A stretch of DNA of 27,530 nt, from positions 1 through 27,530 of IMG/VR virus record IMGVR_UViG_3300011440_000050. The stretch is one strand, 5' to 3'. Every line of letters begins with the position of its first letter. Positions within the stretch are counted from its first letter, which is position 1. Source of the stretch: a virus (taxonomy: Duplodnaviria > Caudoviricetes). A program made the translations under genes and the position numbers. Under the pieces are notes generated by a model that worked only from the letters and a program-made list of their open reading frames with translations, had not been told where the DNA came from and ran no database searches. Shown piece after piece: positions 1-9,337 of this stretch.

Positions 1-292
1 CGATCCCCCCACCACCCCCGCCGCCACCGGCCCGCGGTTCGCTCGCGCTGATGCAGCCATTCAAGCCGTGTGCTGTCATGCCGTCCGGACAGTTGTCCGG
101 CTGCTCAACGCACGCGCCCCCGGAGCCCTCCTTGCGCGAGCGGTACGGCATCTCCGGCGGGCACCCCGAGTCCAGGTGCTTCCGATCCGCGGCGCTCTGC
201 TCCTTTGCCTGTTCGGCCGTGCGTATGCCGAGGCGAACGTCCTCTGCTTCCCTCTCGGCCAGCTCCCTCTCGGCCTTGCCGTAATCAGGCAT
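1..292 (-). CDS. hypothetical protein, runs off left edge (MPDYGKAERELAERE...GGGGGGGG)
   Basis: ATG at 292 overlaps the end of the upstream ORF; GAGGT RBS; frame open to window edge; not in supplied ORF track. Confidence 0.7.
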   Translation of the reverse strand, partial: MPDYGKAERELAEREAEDVRLGIRTAEQAKEQSAADRKHLDSGCPPEMPYRSRKEGSGGACVEQPDNCPDGMTAHGLNGCISASEPRAGGGGGGGGI

Positions 293-491
293 TCGTTACC
301 TCAGGCCCGCAACAAGGTTGCAGGGGTGTTCGAGCGAAGAAGGCTCGCAGAGCTTCCTTGCCGGCGGCGATGCCGCGGAGCACCGAGCTGCTCCTGCAAG
401 GGCTGCAAAGCCAATGGCCACAGCGATCGCAAAAGCGAATGTCATCGGTGTACGTGCAGATGTGACAGCGTCCACGAAGCTCTTCGTACAT
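285..491 (-). CDS. small Cys-rich putative Zn-finger protein
   Basis: CHIC-x8-CDRCGHWLCSPC pattern; same orientation as neighbours; end overlaps next start. Confidence 0.65.
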   Translation of the reverse strand: MYEELRGRCHICTYTDDIRFCDRCGHWLCSPCRSSSVLRGIAAGKEALRAFFARTPLQPCCGPEVTNA

Positions 492-508
492 CCGGCGAAA
501 AAAAGGGG

Positions 509-805
509 TTAGTACTCTGTAATGTTCGAGTTACGGGGCTTCTGAAACTCGCAGTTTCGCTCTTTCAGGAGCTTTTCGTGCTGCCTGAACGAAGTCACGG
601 CCGGGTTGCCCTCCAGCCGCTCGTCGTAGAAGTACACCCGGTCCGTCCCGATGGCCGTGAACGTCGGCCGGCCGTGCCCCCCGCTGCAGAAGGGCCAGGA
701 GCCGACGAAGAGCGGTACGCCGCACGAAGGGCAGGGCTCCGACGCGGTGGAGTCTGGGCTCACTGATTCCGCCGGCCCTGCCTGATGCGCGTTTTCGCTC
801 TTCAT
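509..805 (-). CDS. small putative Zn-ribbon protein downstream of portal
   Basis: CPSCG...C...H motif; ATG lies 8 nt after a perfect -10 box. Confidence 0.65.
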   Translation of the reverse strand: MKSENAHQAGPAESVSPDSTASEPCPSCGVPLFVGSWPFCSGGHGRPTFTAIGTDRVYFYDERLEGNPAVTSFRQHEKLLKERNCEFQKPRNSNITEY

Positions 806-813
806 CTAGACGC

Positions 814-842
814 ATTATACCACAATATGCAGTGGTTGTCAA
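814..842 (-). promoter_or_regulatory. sigma70 promoter, perfect consensus with extended -10
   Basis: Minus strand TTGACA (842-837), 17 nt spacer, TGg-TATAAT (819-814), in the gap after the portal stop. Confidence 0.9.
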
Positions 843-906
843 GCGAAAACTGCGTATTCGTTGTGGCCGATTCACTGGCCGGTGTTACTGTCGTCGATTC
901 AAGGAC

Positions 907-2826
907 TTACGGGGCGGTTGGCGCGGCCATCTGGCCGGTTATCGCATTCGCCTGCTGCTCGGCGCTCGGTGGACCGCTAGGGCCTTCTCCGCCCGGCCCG
1001 GGTCCACCCTGAGGCGGGCCACCCGGAGCCACGCCCATGCTCATCGCCACCTGCTGCATAATCTGGCCGGTGAGTACACCAATCATCGCCTGCTTGATGT
1101 CGTTCAGGTCGCGGTTGGAGCGGAGCCCGTAGAATTGCAGCGTGCGCCGCAACATCGTGTCGCTGGATGCGAGCACCTGCATGAGCTGCGGATTGCTGAA
1201 GAGAGAGAGCACCTGATTCCACTGCTCGCGGCGTCGGTCCTCACTGTCCGGGGCGATGGACTCGATGTCGATTTCGACACCAAAATCCATGTCTCCGATT
1301 TCCTTCGCCTGCACGAGCTGCCACGTCTGCGCGACAGCCATCGACTCCTCCATTGCGGTTGGCGAGGAGGGGTCCACCTGCGTCTTGATCACGAAATCAA
1401 GGGACAGCCGGTCGCGCGCCGTCTTCAGGATGAGCCAGACGATGCGGGACAGCCAGCCGGCCACGATCTCTCGCGCGAACGTCTCGCGGTGCTTCATGTT
1501 CGTGTCGATGATTGACGCCTGGGTCGCGGTGTCGCTCTCAGCCACACCCTGCGCTTCCCCGCCGATGCCGAGTATGCGAGAAAAGTCCGCCTGCGACTGC
1601 GGCACGGCCTGCATCGCCGCGGAACCGAGCTGCGCATCCTCAATCGGACGGAGAGCACCGGCCACGTTCTCGATGACAACCTGCCCGTCGATAGGCGGGC
1701 CGGTCAGCTTGTCGATCTCGACCGCCTCCATCCCACCGGCTCGCATCGCGTAGCGTCGGACGAAGCGGCGACGGTGCGACTTCATCATGTTCCGCGCTTC
1801 GTTCATTTCGAGCTGCGGGCTCACGCCGCCCGCGAGCCAAGGCATCGGCAACGCGGAGTCGAGTAGCTCGTGGAACTTCAGCATAGCAAGCGGTAGGTAC
1901 TCGAACGGCTCGTTTTCGAGCAGGAAGTAGCATCCGTCCTCACGGAAGACGTGCCGCATCTTCGTGCGGAGATCCCAAAAGCGCCAAACCTTGTGCATCC
2001 CCGTCTTCGCGGCGTCCTCGTCATCCTCGTCACCGTTCGAGACTCGGCTCTCCGGGTGCTGGTAGTCGCCGCCGGGCTTGATCTCGTCGAGTGCCTCGGG
2101 GTTATAGAACGCGTTCCTCTTCAAGTCCGAAGGCCACGCCCAGTCGTAATAGGCTACCCAGTCGTTCCGGTGCAGGAGGTTGTGCGACACTGCCGGGAAG
2201 CGGAAGTGCTTCGCCGGGATGCGCTTGACGAAGAGCAGCTCGCTCTCGATGATCGTCGCTGGCTGGAGCACGGGGCCGTTCTCGTCCGTCAGCGCCCCAC
2301 CCTTCTCGTCGAGCGCGGGCTTGCCTACGTTCGGATTCTCGATCGGGTTCGCGCTGTAGCCGACTTCCACGACACCGAATCGGTAAAGCGACTCCTTCGT
2401 CGCAAGCAGTGTCTCCTCGCGAAACGCCGTGTCAGGGTCGTGGATGAAGTGGTTCGCGATCTCCTCAATGAGCTTCGCACGGTCATCGAGGTTCGCGCCC
2501 AAGTCATCCGCACGGCCCGGCCGCATCGAGACATGGACGCGGGGTCGCTGGTACATCAGCTGTGGGAGTCGCACTTCGACCGCGGGGAAGAACTGGTTCA
2601 GGATGTAGTAGTCGTCACCCTGATCGCCCGACTCTTGCTGCCCGGCGTAGAACTCCTCCAGCATGTCGCAGTTGAACTTCTCCTCCCAATCCGCGTGCGT
2701 CTGCCCGGAGTCGGTGAGGCGCTTCACCAACTGCTTGAGGCGCTTCTTCTGCGCTTCCTGGTCGTCGGTGGCCTCAAGTGGGGCCTCCTCCTGCTGCGGT
2801 TCGTGGGTTTCCTGCTCGTAAGCCAT
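907..2826 (-). CDS. portal protein (P22-like)
   Basis: ~639 aa directly after terL; NQFFPAVEVRLPQLMYQRPRVHV and TATQASII segments resemble P22-like portals; Gln/Gly/Pro-rich C-tail; start moved to ATG 2826 with GGAGA RBS. Confidence 0.85.
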   Translation of the reverse strand: MAYEQETHEPQQEEAPLEATDDQEAQKKRLKQLVKRLTDSGQTHADWEEKFNCDMLEEFYAGQQESGDQGDDYYILNQFFPAVEVRLPQLMYQRPRVHVSMRPGRADDLGANLDDRAKLIEEIANHFIHDPDTAFREETLLATKESLYRFGVVEVGYSANPIENPNVGKPALDEKGGALTDENGPVLQPATIIESELLFVKRIPAKHFRFPAVSHNLLHRNDWVAYYDWAWPSDLKRNAFYNPEALDEIKPGGDYQHPESRVSNGDEDDEDAAKTGMHKVWRFWDLRTKMRHVFREDGCYFLLENEPFEYLPLAMLKFHELLDSALPMPWLAGGVSPQLEMNEARNMMKSHRRRFVRRYAMRAGGMEAVEIDKLTGPPIDGQVVIENVAGALRPIEDAQLGSAAMQAVPQSQADFSRILGIGGEAQGVAESDTATQASIIDTNMKHRETFAREIVAGWLSRIVWLILKTARDRLSLDFVIKTQVDPSSPTAMEESMAVAQTWQLVQAKEIGDMDFGVEIDIESIAPDSEDRRREQWNQVLSLFSNPQLMQVLASSDTMLRRTLQFYGLRSNRDLNDIKQAMIGVLTGQIMQQVAMSMGVAPGGPPQGGPGPGGEGPSGPPSAEQQANAITGQMAAPTAP

Positions 2827-2828
2827 GC

Positions 2829-4487
2829 TTATCTCCGTGCCCACTGCCGGGCGAGGGAATCGAGGCGCGCCCGACGAGCGAGCTGCTTGTGCAGACCACC
2901 CTTCCGGGCCGCGACCATTGCTGCCTTGACGGCGTTGAACGACCCGGCGGGCGCCTGCTTTGAAACTTCGATGAATCCGGGCGCGCGAGAGGCGATGAAG
3001 TAGCGGAGCGTGTCGTAGGCATGGTCCGGAATCGTGTCTACGCGCTCCTCACTGAAAATCGGCTTTCCCAGGTGAGTGCCGACCTTTTCTCGACGCTGTG
3101 CGTTCGTCTGGAGGCTCAGATTTTCGACTCCGAGCGGATATCGATCGGTTTTGCGGATGAAGTAGAGCCGCGGAGCGCCTAATTTGCCCGTTACAGGGTG
3201 TTTCCGGTTCGGGTCGATGCGCAGATACTCGTTGATGCGGTTCCGAGTGCCCATTTCGTCGTTGTCGGCCTTCTCCCAAAAGATCGCGGTGCGCTTGTCG
3301 CCCATACTCACGTCCGCGTACTCGTCCGCGACGCTCCACAGGTCGCCTTTGTGCTGCTCCTTGCGGAAAATCGAGGGGTCAGCGAGCTGGCGCATGTAGG
3401 ATTCGGGCCGCTCGGTGAACACACCGCTCAACTGCGCGATGGCATGCCTGTGCGTGCTGATGGAGGGCAGCGCGGCGTAGTACTCGCGGTACGCGAACAC
3501 GTTCCCGAACTTGTCCACCGCCCACCAGACACAGCACGTTGGAGCAGTGTCGCCGTGGTCAAAGGTCCGATGTAGAGTGCATTCGCTAAGGAGCTGTTGA
3601 ACGAAGCCGGGATCTCCGTCGAGGATCGAGAGCTGGCTGATTTCATGGATTTGACCTTCGGGAATCCCCCACTCCCCGCGCCGATAGCGCTTCTGGAAGC
3701 TCTCGTCCTGCGTCATGAGCTGCTTGAGCGCAGCTTTCGCAAGGAACTTGTTCGAGTCGGACGACATCGTGATCATCCGGTAGCCCTGCTCCTTGTAGGA
3801 AGGTAGCGGCTCAGCCGTGTTCGGGTCGAGGCCAGGGCTCCGGTCGTGATCGGGGCTCTCCGGATGGAAGCGTCGGTAGATCCAGTGCAGCTCGTTGTCC
3901 GGGTTGCACGCGATGATCATAAACGGGGGCACTGAAACGCGCCCGTCTTCGCCCGTACACTCCTCCGTGAGCCACTTCGGGATCTTCGCCTGATCCCACC
4001 GGCCGAGACGCGAGGAAAGCAAGTCGAAAACTTCCTCGCTCAGCTCCTCGGCTTGGTCGAGAAACACCCCGTTGATCTCCAGCCCGCGGATGACAGTCGC
4101 TACTTCCGGGTCATCGAAATAGAGCCAGTAGATTTCCGACCCGTTGTTCAGCCGTAGGATCTTCTCAGTATCGGCGCGGCGTCCGAAGGGGTGGTACGCC
4201 GCCGGTGGACAGAGCTTGAAGAACGTTTGCATTGTCGTCTTCTGCAACTCGGTCCAGCGACGCCGGCCAATCACCCATCGAGAGCCGGGAAAGACATCCG
4301 CCAGCCACAAGATTTTCAGACACCCGACGAAGGACTTCGCGGAGCCAAAGCCGCCGGAAAGACACAGGGGCGTGGGACCCCATTCAAAGCCCTCCTTCTG
4401 CTGCGGAGAAGCCCAAGCGAGCTGAGTCGTTTTCGTAACTGGAGCGAGCTGTGTCGCCGAGCGGATCGATTTGTAATTTGAGGGCAA
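2829..4487 (-). CDS. terL: terminase large subunit
   Basis: Walker A GGFGSAKS, Walker B-like VFLDQAEE, motif ACNP, RNase H-fold FDHGDTAPT and C-terminal DHAYDTLRY. Confidence 0.95.
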   Translation of the reverse strand: MPSNYKSIRSATQLAPVTKTTQLAWASPQQKEGFEWGPTPLCLSGGFGSAKSFVGCLKILWLADVFPGSRWVIGRRRWTELQKTTMQTFFKLCPPAAYHPFGRRADTEKILRLNNGSEIYWLYFDDPEVATVIRGLEINGVFLDQAEELSEEVFDLLSSRLGRWDQAKIPKWLTEECTGEDGRVSVPPFMIIACNPDNELHWIYRRFHPESPDHDRSPGLDPNTAEPLPSYKEQGYRMITMSSDSNKFLAKAALKQLMTQDESFQKRYRRGEWGIPEGQIHEISQLSILDGDPGFVQQLLSECTLHRTFDHGDTAPTCCVWWAVDKFGNVFAYREYYAALPSISTHRHAIAQLSGVFTERPESYMRQLADPSIFRKEQHKGDLWSVADEYADVSMGDKRTAIFWEKADNDEMGTRNRINEYLRIDPNRKHPVTGKLGAPRLYFIRKTDRYPLGVENLSLQTNAQRREKVGTHLGKPIFSEERVDTIPDHAYDTLRYFIASRAPGFIEVSKQAPAGSFNAVKAAMVAARKGGLHKQLARRARLDSLARQWARR

Positions 4488-4488
4488 A

Positions 4489-4704
4489 TCAGTGTGCGCG
4501 TGGGAGGTGGTCCAGATGCGACTTCACGACGTTGAGCACCTGCTCCTGTGTCACATCTCCCATGGTCCACAGCACGACTGCGATCCGGAGACACGCCTCG
4601 GCAGCGACCGTCCCTGTCTTCCCCCTCATCAAGTCGACCATGTCGGCAGCCAGCTCAGAAATTTCATCCTCTTGCGCGTCGCTGAGTCTCCCCACTTCGC
4701 TCAT
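4489..4704 (-). CDS. hypothetical protein
   Basis: 71 aa ORF filling the gap between putative terS and terL; ATGA overlap with upstream gene. Confidence 0.7.
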   Translation of the reverse strand: MSEVGRLSDAQEDEISELAADMVDLMRGKTGTVAAEACLRIAVVLWTMGDVTQEQVLNVVKSHLDHLPRAH

Positions 4705-5177
4705 AGCTTCCTCACAGGAACGCGCGTGCCCTTGGGCAGCGCGAAAATTGGCACGAGTGCGGGCGGCTGGTTGGATGTCGCGCTCACCTGACTGATCTCG
4801 TCGGCCATCTCGATAGCTCGCAGGCTGATTGCCGGGTTGGCGTTCTTGGCGTGAAAGGCGAGGCGCTCGGCCCGGGCCTGGACGCTCAGGTTCTTGATGA
4901 GGTGGGCGCGGTAGAGTTCCCGCTCCTTCCCCTGCTTCTCCACATCGCTGGGCTTCATGCCCTCGGCGTCCCGGATCTCGGCGACCTGCTGCCGAGCGAC
5001 CCCTGTCGTCTCCTCGATTACGGCGAGCGACTGGCCCTCGGCGAGCATGAGGATGATTAGGTCGCGTAGGCCCTCATCCAGCCGCGGGCGACGCGCCGGC
5101 ACGTCAGCCGGCTCCCCGTCGTCGCTGGGGTCAATCGGTGCTTCGTACGGCGGCTCGTCTGGATCTGGTGCCAACAC
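4701..5177 (-). CDS. putative terminase small subunit (HTH)
   Basis: First gene of the packaging operon; HTH-like MLAEGQSLAVIEETTGVARQQVAEI; strong AAAGGAG RBS before GTG. Confidence 0.6.
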   Translation of the reverse strand: MLAPDPDEPPYEAPIDPSDDGEPADVPARRPRLDEGLRDLIILMLAEGQSLAVIEETTGVARQQVAEIRDAEGMKPSDVEKQGKERELYRAHLIKNLSVQARAERLAFHAKNANPAISLRAIEMADEISQVSATSNQPPALVPIFALPKGTRVPVRKL

Positions 5178-5215
5178 CCCTTCTCCTTTCTATCCTCATC
5201 CCCTGACAACGTCCG

Positions 5216-5244
5216 ATTATACCACAGAAGAATGCGAATGTCAA
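5216..5244 (-). promoter_or_regulatory. sigma70 promoter for packaging operon, perfect consensus
   Basis: Minus strand TTGACA (5244-5239), 17 nt spacer, TGg-TATAAT (5221-5216). Confidence 0.9.
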
Positions 5245-5269
5245 GCAGAAAATGCATTAATAGAAAAAT

Positions 5270-5800
5270 ACCCCGAGCGCCCGGCGGGCGCGAGGCCGCT
5301 TCGGGGTGGGCCCCCCCAGGGCGAGGCCCGGGGTAGGGTGGCTCCAGCGGGCGCGGGGCCCGGGGTGAGAGCTGAGCCGGGGCAGATGCGGCCCGGTTGG
5401 CCCGGCAAGTGTTAACTTCTTGCCTATCAACAATATAAAAGGACCCCCGTCCGGGGTAGGGAGGCTCCTGCGGGTCAAGGCTCCCCCGTCCCCTCCCCCC
5501 GGGGGGCCCCATTCGGCCTCCCGTCCCCCCTATCCCCTTGCCGCTCAATCACTTGCGTATGCACAGTGCTTGCGACCCATGCGAGGTCGTAATCACAAAT
5601 CCGACGGCGAAGCCCTACGAGGCGCGCCCTGTAGACGCTCTACAGGAGGGTGGGCTAACGCCTTGCCTATCAATAGCATAGGCGGCCGCTGCGTACGCAG
5701 TGGGCCAAGCGTATGCGCGTAAGCATAGGCGTATGCAGGGGATAGGGCATAGGGCATAGGGCGAGGGCAAAGGCCGCGGGAGAGAACAGGCGAATCATAC
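5270..5800. other. divergent non-coding region with G/C runs and short repeats; candidate packaging site/genome end or origin
   Basis: G- and C-runs 5300-5540; direct repeat CTTGCCTATCAA at 5419-5430 and 5662-5673; inverted repeat CCTGTAGA/TCTACAGG 5628-5646; TAGGGC(A) tandem at ~5743-5762. Confidence 0.5.
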
Positions 5801-5811
5801 GCATTTGCCTG

Positions 5812-5840
5812 TTGACACCGGGGGGCATATGGCCTATTCT
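5812..5840 (+). promoter_or_regulatory. sigma70 promoter for early arm
   Basis: TTGACA (5812-5817), 17 nt spacer, TATTCT (5835-5840); GAGGAGG RBS and ATG follow. Confidence 0.75.
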
Positions 5841-5871
5841 CCATATGCGCATCGACGCGCGAGGAGGAGAG

Positions 5872-6960
5872 ATGGCCTACAACGGCAAGACACAGAAGAC
5901 GCGGCAGGGGAAGTGCATACCCTGCGGCGGGGAAATCAAATGGATACGGGTCGACGGTCGCTGGACGCTGTTCGACAAGGACGCGACCACAAAGCACGTA
6001 TGCGCGCCGAAGCCCGGGCCCGAGCCGGAGGCGAAGCCGGAGCCCGCGCCGGAAGCGCCGGAGACGCCAGAACCACAACTGGACAAAAGGCAGGTGAAAG
6101 CACGGTGGCTTGACGACGACAACCTTGCCGGCCACATTGCGGATATCGATACAAAGCTAGGACTTCTCCAGCAGGACGTGGACGGGCTCAAGAATCACAG
6201 CGGCGGAGAGTACCGCTTTAACGCGCTCCCACCTGTGGGCAAGATCGTCAAGGCTGATGGACATTCGATGATGCCCGAACTTCTGCGGGCACTCGCGGCA
6301 GACCAGCCTGCAATGCTCTTCGGTGAGCCCGGTACGGGCAAGAGCGAGGCTGTACGCGTTGCGGCTCGTGCGCTTGGCCAGCCGTGCACCGAGATAACCC
6401 TCGGACCCGCGGACACGCCGTCACGCATCATCGGGTACCGCAATCCCACGACAGACAACTACGTCGAAACGGACTTCATCAAGGGGTGGCGCGAGGGGCA
6501 CGTGTTGCTGATCGACGAAGTGTGTATCGCAGCACCTGCAGTCCTAACGATCCTCAATCCGGCTTTCGGTGGTGACGGCTCCACGTTCTCAACTCCCGGT
6601 GGGATGCTCCCACGACACCCGAATACACGGCTCGTGATTGCGGACAACACGAACGGGCTTGGGCAGGCCGCTTCCTACCCGACGCGTCGAGCACTCGACA
6701 TCTCCTTCCGCGCCCGGTTCATCTTCCTCGAATGGTCCGAAGACAAAGCGCTTACGAAGGCCATCACAGAGCAGATACTTCGCGACCGTGCAGAGGAAGC
6801 CATCGCGTTGATTAACGAGTTCCGGACCGCGCAAAAGCAGGACGAGAACATGATCCCGCGCACCGTCACGCTGCGCATGCTGTACGCCGCGGCGCGACTC
6901 ATGGCGTGCGATCCGAGACTCAACCCGACAACGGCTGTGAAGAAAGCGGCCACGCGATGA
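5872..6960 (+). CDS. AAA+ ATPase, CobS/MoxR/CbbQ-like (AAA_5), with N-terminal Cys/His domain
   Basis: GEPGTGKS Walker A, LLIDE Walker B, HPNTRLVIADN sensor region, LDISFRARF Arg finger; start reassigned to ATG 5872 after GAGGAGG. Confidence 0.85.
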   Translation: MAYNGKTQKTRQGKCIPCGGEIKWIRVDGRWTLFDKDATTKHVCAPKPGPEPEAKPEPAPEAPETPEPQLDKRQVKARWLDDDNLAGHIADIDTKLGLLQQDVDGLKNHSGGEYRFNALPPVGKIVKADGHSMMPELLRALAADQPAMLFGEPGTGKSEAVRVAARALGQPCTEITLGPADTPSRIIGYRNPTTDNYVETDFIKGWREGHVLLIDEVCIAAPAVLTILNPAFGGDGSTFSTPGGMLPRHPNTRLVIADNTNGLGQAASYPTRRALDISFRARFIFLEWSEDKALTKAITEQILRDRAEEAIALINEFRTAQKQDENMIPRTVTLRMLYAAARLMACDPRLNPTTAVKKAATR

Positions 6961-7790
6961 TCACGACACATAAAATTGGGTACGGCTCGACTGTCCTTTA
7001 CCGCGCGACCGCGTCGGAAGCACTTAGGCACGCGGTAGAGCAGCCACATAATCACAATATTGGCTATAGTTCACGAACGCATGCGCCGAGTATGGCGTGG
7101 GACGAGAATCGCGGATTCGACGGCGCGGTTAAGGACGCCATGGAGGGTGTCGAAATCAGCCACGACGAACAAATCGTGGTTGAGGCGCTCATTCGCAGAC
7201 AACGAGAACTCCAGCAAGCCGAAGACTACCAATACATCGCGGACCCGGCCCTGGCTGTAGACATAGATCCTGTGCTGGCCTTGCAGGGAGACCCCGATTG
7301 TTGGGTTGGCATGGCCCCGTCCGATGTTGCTACGACGCGTGCGCAGGCTCAAGGTGTCGTCGTGGTCGCCCTACACAACTGGGATTGGATGGTACCTGCG
7401 ACCACGATCCGGCGTGCGGGCTTCAATGCGTTCGCACTCTGGCGCGGGCTCGTCTCGCTCGGCATACCCGCCCAGCTGTACGTAGGTCGTGCTACGAGGC
7501 ATGGCGGCCGATACAACATGCTGTCTCTTGTCGATCTGACAGGGCTATCACTGCCCGTGATAGCTGCACATCTCAGTCCCGCATGGTTCCGCCGCATCCA
7601 CTTCGGTATCCAGGAACACGTCGAGGGACGAACAGGGATGCCGGTCGCGGCAACCACGTCCTACGGCTCACAGTACTCCCCCGAACAGGCATCCAACATG
7701 CTCAGCGCGCTCGGGATTCCGCGCTCGATCGTGATGAATGATTCGGGTTACTGTCTTGAGCAGAGACTTCGGAAGGCCCTATGTCAGTAA
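6957..7790 (+). CDS. putative vWA-like partner of the AAA+ ATPase
   Basis: ATGA-coupled to the ATPase; VDIDPVLALQGDPDCW and SPAWFRRIHFG resemble motifs in phage proteins found beside CobS-like ATPases; no intact MIDAS motif seen. Confidence 0.5.
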   Translation: MITTHKIGYGSTVLYRATASEALRHAVEQPHNHNIGYSSRTHAPSMAWDENRGFDGAVKDAMEGVEISHDEQIVVEALIRRQRELQQAEDYQYIADPALAVDIDPVLALQGDPDCWVGMAPSDVATTRAQAQGVVVVALHNWDWMVPATTIRRAGFNAFALWRGLVSLGIPAQLYVGRATRHGGRYNMLSLVDLTGLSLPVIAAHLSPAWFRRIHFGIQEHVEGRTGMPVAATTSYGSQYSPEQASNMLSALGIPRSIVMNDSGYCLEQRLRKALCQ

Positions 7791-8638
7791 TAATCGGAAC
7801 GGCGAAAGTCGTTTACGGGCCCAGGATTCAGAGCAAAGACACGGGCTTCATGCGCGCGGACGGCACCGTATTGATGTGCAAATCTGCAATGACGCCGCTT
7901 GTGACCGCACGCCGCGTCCGCGCGACGTACTGTCCGCCTGAGCTTGGGCTTAGAACTATGCCAACGCGCGTATCGAACGGTATCGCGCAAACGGCTGATC
8001 CCACTTTCACCGCTATCGCTCACCACGCGAACATTCCCGGGGACACCCCGCTAGATTTTGCATCATGGTGCGCGCAGATATTCGCGCCAGACGACGGCAA
8101 AGAACACGCCTATCACGCGGTGATGACAGTAGACGGTGACGTCTATCTCATCGAAACGGGCGTGGGCAGCGTGTGCGCGGTAGTACCGGACTGGACACAG
8201 CTACTGATCGCCGAGCCCGACGTCACAAAATGGGAGTGGGTTCTGTCCATGCATACACATCCGGGAGGCACGGCGCCTTCGCAGCAGGACAAGTACGGCG
8301 CGTGGGCACAAGACGAAGACATGACCGCATGCGGATTTACCGGCATGTCTCAATACGCGACGCTCAACATGTCATCTCGCGCAGCTGAACCTTACGACCC
8401 CGAACAACCGCCACAAGGTACGGGCGACATAATCGCGATCCTTCCTCTCGACATGCCGAAGGACATGCTTGACAAGCTGATCAAAGCGCTAGGCGGGGAG
8501 AACGGGGGCGAAGACGAGAACCCCGAGGGCGAGGGCGAGGATTACCAGGATGAACACGGGGGCAAGCCCGACCCCGACGAGGCAAAGAACCAAGACGACA
8601 AGCGGCACGAGAGCCCGGACGGGTTCGCCTTCGACTAA
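7781..8638 (+). CDS. JAB/MPN (JAMM)-domain protein with acidic C-terminal tail
   Basis: MHTHPGGTAPSQQD fits HxH...SxxD; upstream KEHAY supplies a candidate catalytic Glu. Confidence 0.7.
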   Translation: MSVIIGTAKVVYGPRIQSKDTGFMRADGTVLMCKSAMTPLVTARRVRATYCPPELGLRTMPTRVSNGIAQTADPTFTAIAHHANIPGDTPLDFASWCAQIFAPDDGKEHAYHAVMTVDGDVYLIETGVGSVCAVVPDWTQLLIAEPDVTKWEWVLSMHTHPGGTAPSQQDKYGAWAQDEDMTACGFTGMSQYATLNMSSRAAEPYDPEQPPQGTGDIIAILPLDMPKDMLDKLIKALGGENGGEDENPEGEGEDYQDEHGGKPDPDEAKNQDDKRHESPDGFAFD

Positions 8639-8648
8639 GCGAATGCGC

Positions 8649-8672
8649 TTGACACGCGTGCTATACTAGAAT
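8649..8672 (+). promoter_or_regulatory. probable promoter (extended -10)
   Basis: TGc-TATACT (8659-8667) in short intergenic gap; nearby TTGACA (8649-8654) is not at canonical spacing. Confidence 0.45.
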
Positions 8673-8680
8673 AGGAGACA

Positions 8681-9337
8681 ATGCGAATGGCGAAACTGGC
8701 CGATCTACCAACCGCGCAGCGATTCAAGCTCGATCACATCATCGGCATGTTGTTATCGAAGACCGTAGACGACGCTGGCGTCTGCACTCGGGCCTACGTG
8801 CGCATCTGGGACACGAACGATCGCGTAATGGTGCGCATCGAAGGCCGCGAGTTTCCCGGGATGAGGAAAAGGGACGTCGATTGGAGCCCGGGCACGAGCG
8901 TCGAGCCCATCTCCATCGTCGAGTTCCAGTCGATCAGTCAGCGCCGGCCCCCGGACCTTGGCGTGATCCCGCGTATTGAGGTACCCGACGAGCCCGCACC
9001 CGCGGACGAACTTGCCCCGGAACGCATACGACGCGAAGACGTTGAACTCGTTGTAGTGGAAGAGGTTACGGTCACGCCCGCGGTGCGCAAGCCCAAGAAG
9101 ATCCGGCCCGCCCCGAAGCTCGTGTCCTCCGCGCCGCATACGAGTGTGATCGAGAAGACGATAGCGCAGGGCCGGATCTGTATCTGCGGTTGCGGGGAAG
9201 TTGTCGAAAAGACGCTCAAGCGCGGGCACTACATGCGCCTACGCAATTGGGCCGACGACCTACGCCGCGGGAAACTTCAGCAGTCCGACATACCGAAGGG
9301 TGCGCTCATGCACATGCTCGAAAAGGGGATGATCTAA
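8681..9337 (+). CDS. hypothetical protein with C-terminal CxCGCG...GH metal-binding motif
   Basis: AGGAG RBS; CICGCGE...RGHYMRL. Confidence 0.75.
   Translation: MRMAKLADLPTAQRFKLDHIIGMLLSKTVDDAGVCTRAYVRIWDTNDRVMVRIEGREFPGMRKRDVDWSPGTSVEPISIVEFQSISQRRPPDLGVIPRIEVPDEPAPADELAPERIRREDVELVVVEEVTVTPAVRKPKKIRPAPKLVSSAPHTSVIEKTIAQGRICICGCGEVVEKTLKRGHYMRLRNWADDLRRGKLQQSDIPKGALMHMLEKGMI

Noticed and set aside
30-60. CGCGG-ttcgc-TCGCG-CTGATGC resembles hammerhead stem I plus core
   Set aside because: Core is CTGATGC rather than CTGAnGA, there is no GAAA or NUH partner, and it is antisense within a coding frame
495-540. Minus-strand T7 tract after ORF 509-805 as a terminator
   Set aside because: No convincing GC stem immediately upstream of the T-run
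1951-3003. Long plus-strand ORF (350 aa) and similar antisense ORFs such as 24098-24907 and 25590-26567
   Set aside because: Shadow frames opposite well-supported genes, expected in high-GC DNA
5057-5852. Several Pro/Gly/Arg-rich ORFs in the divergent region
   Set aside because: Low-complexity translations of G/C runs and repeats that cross promoters
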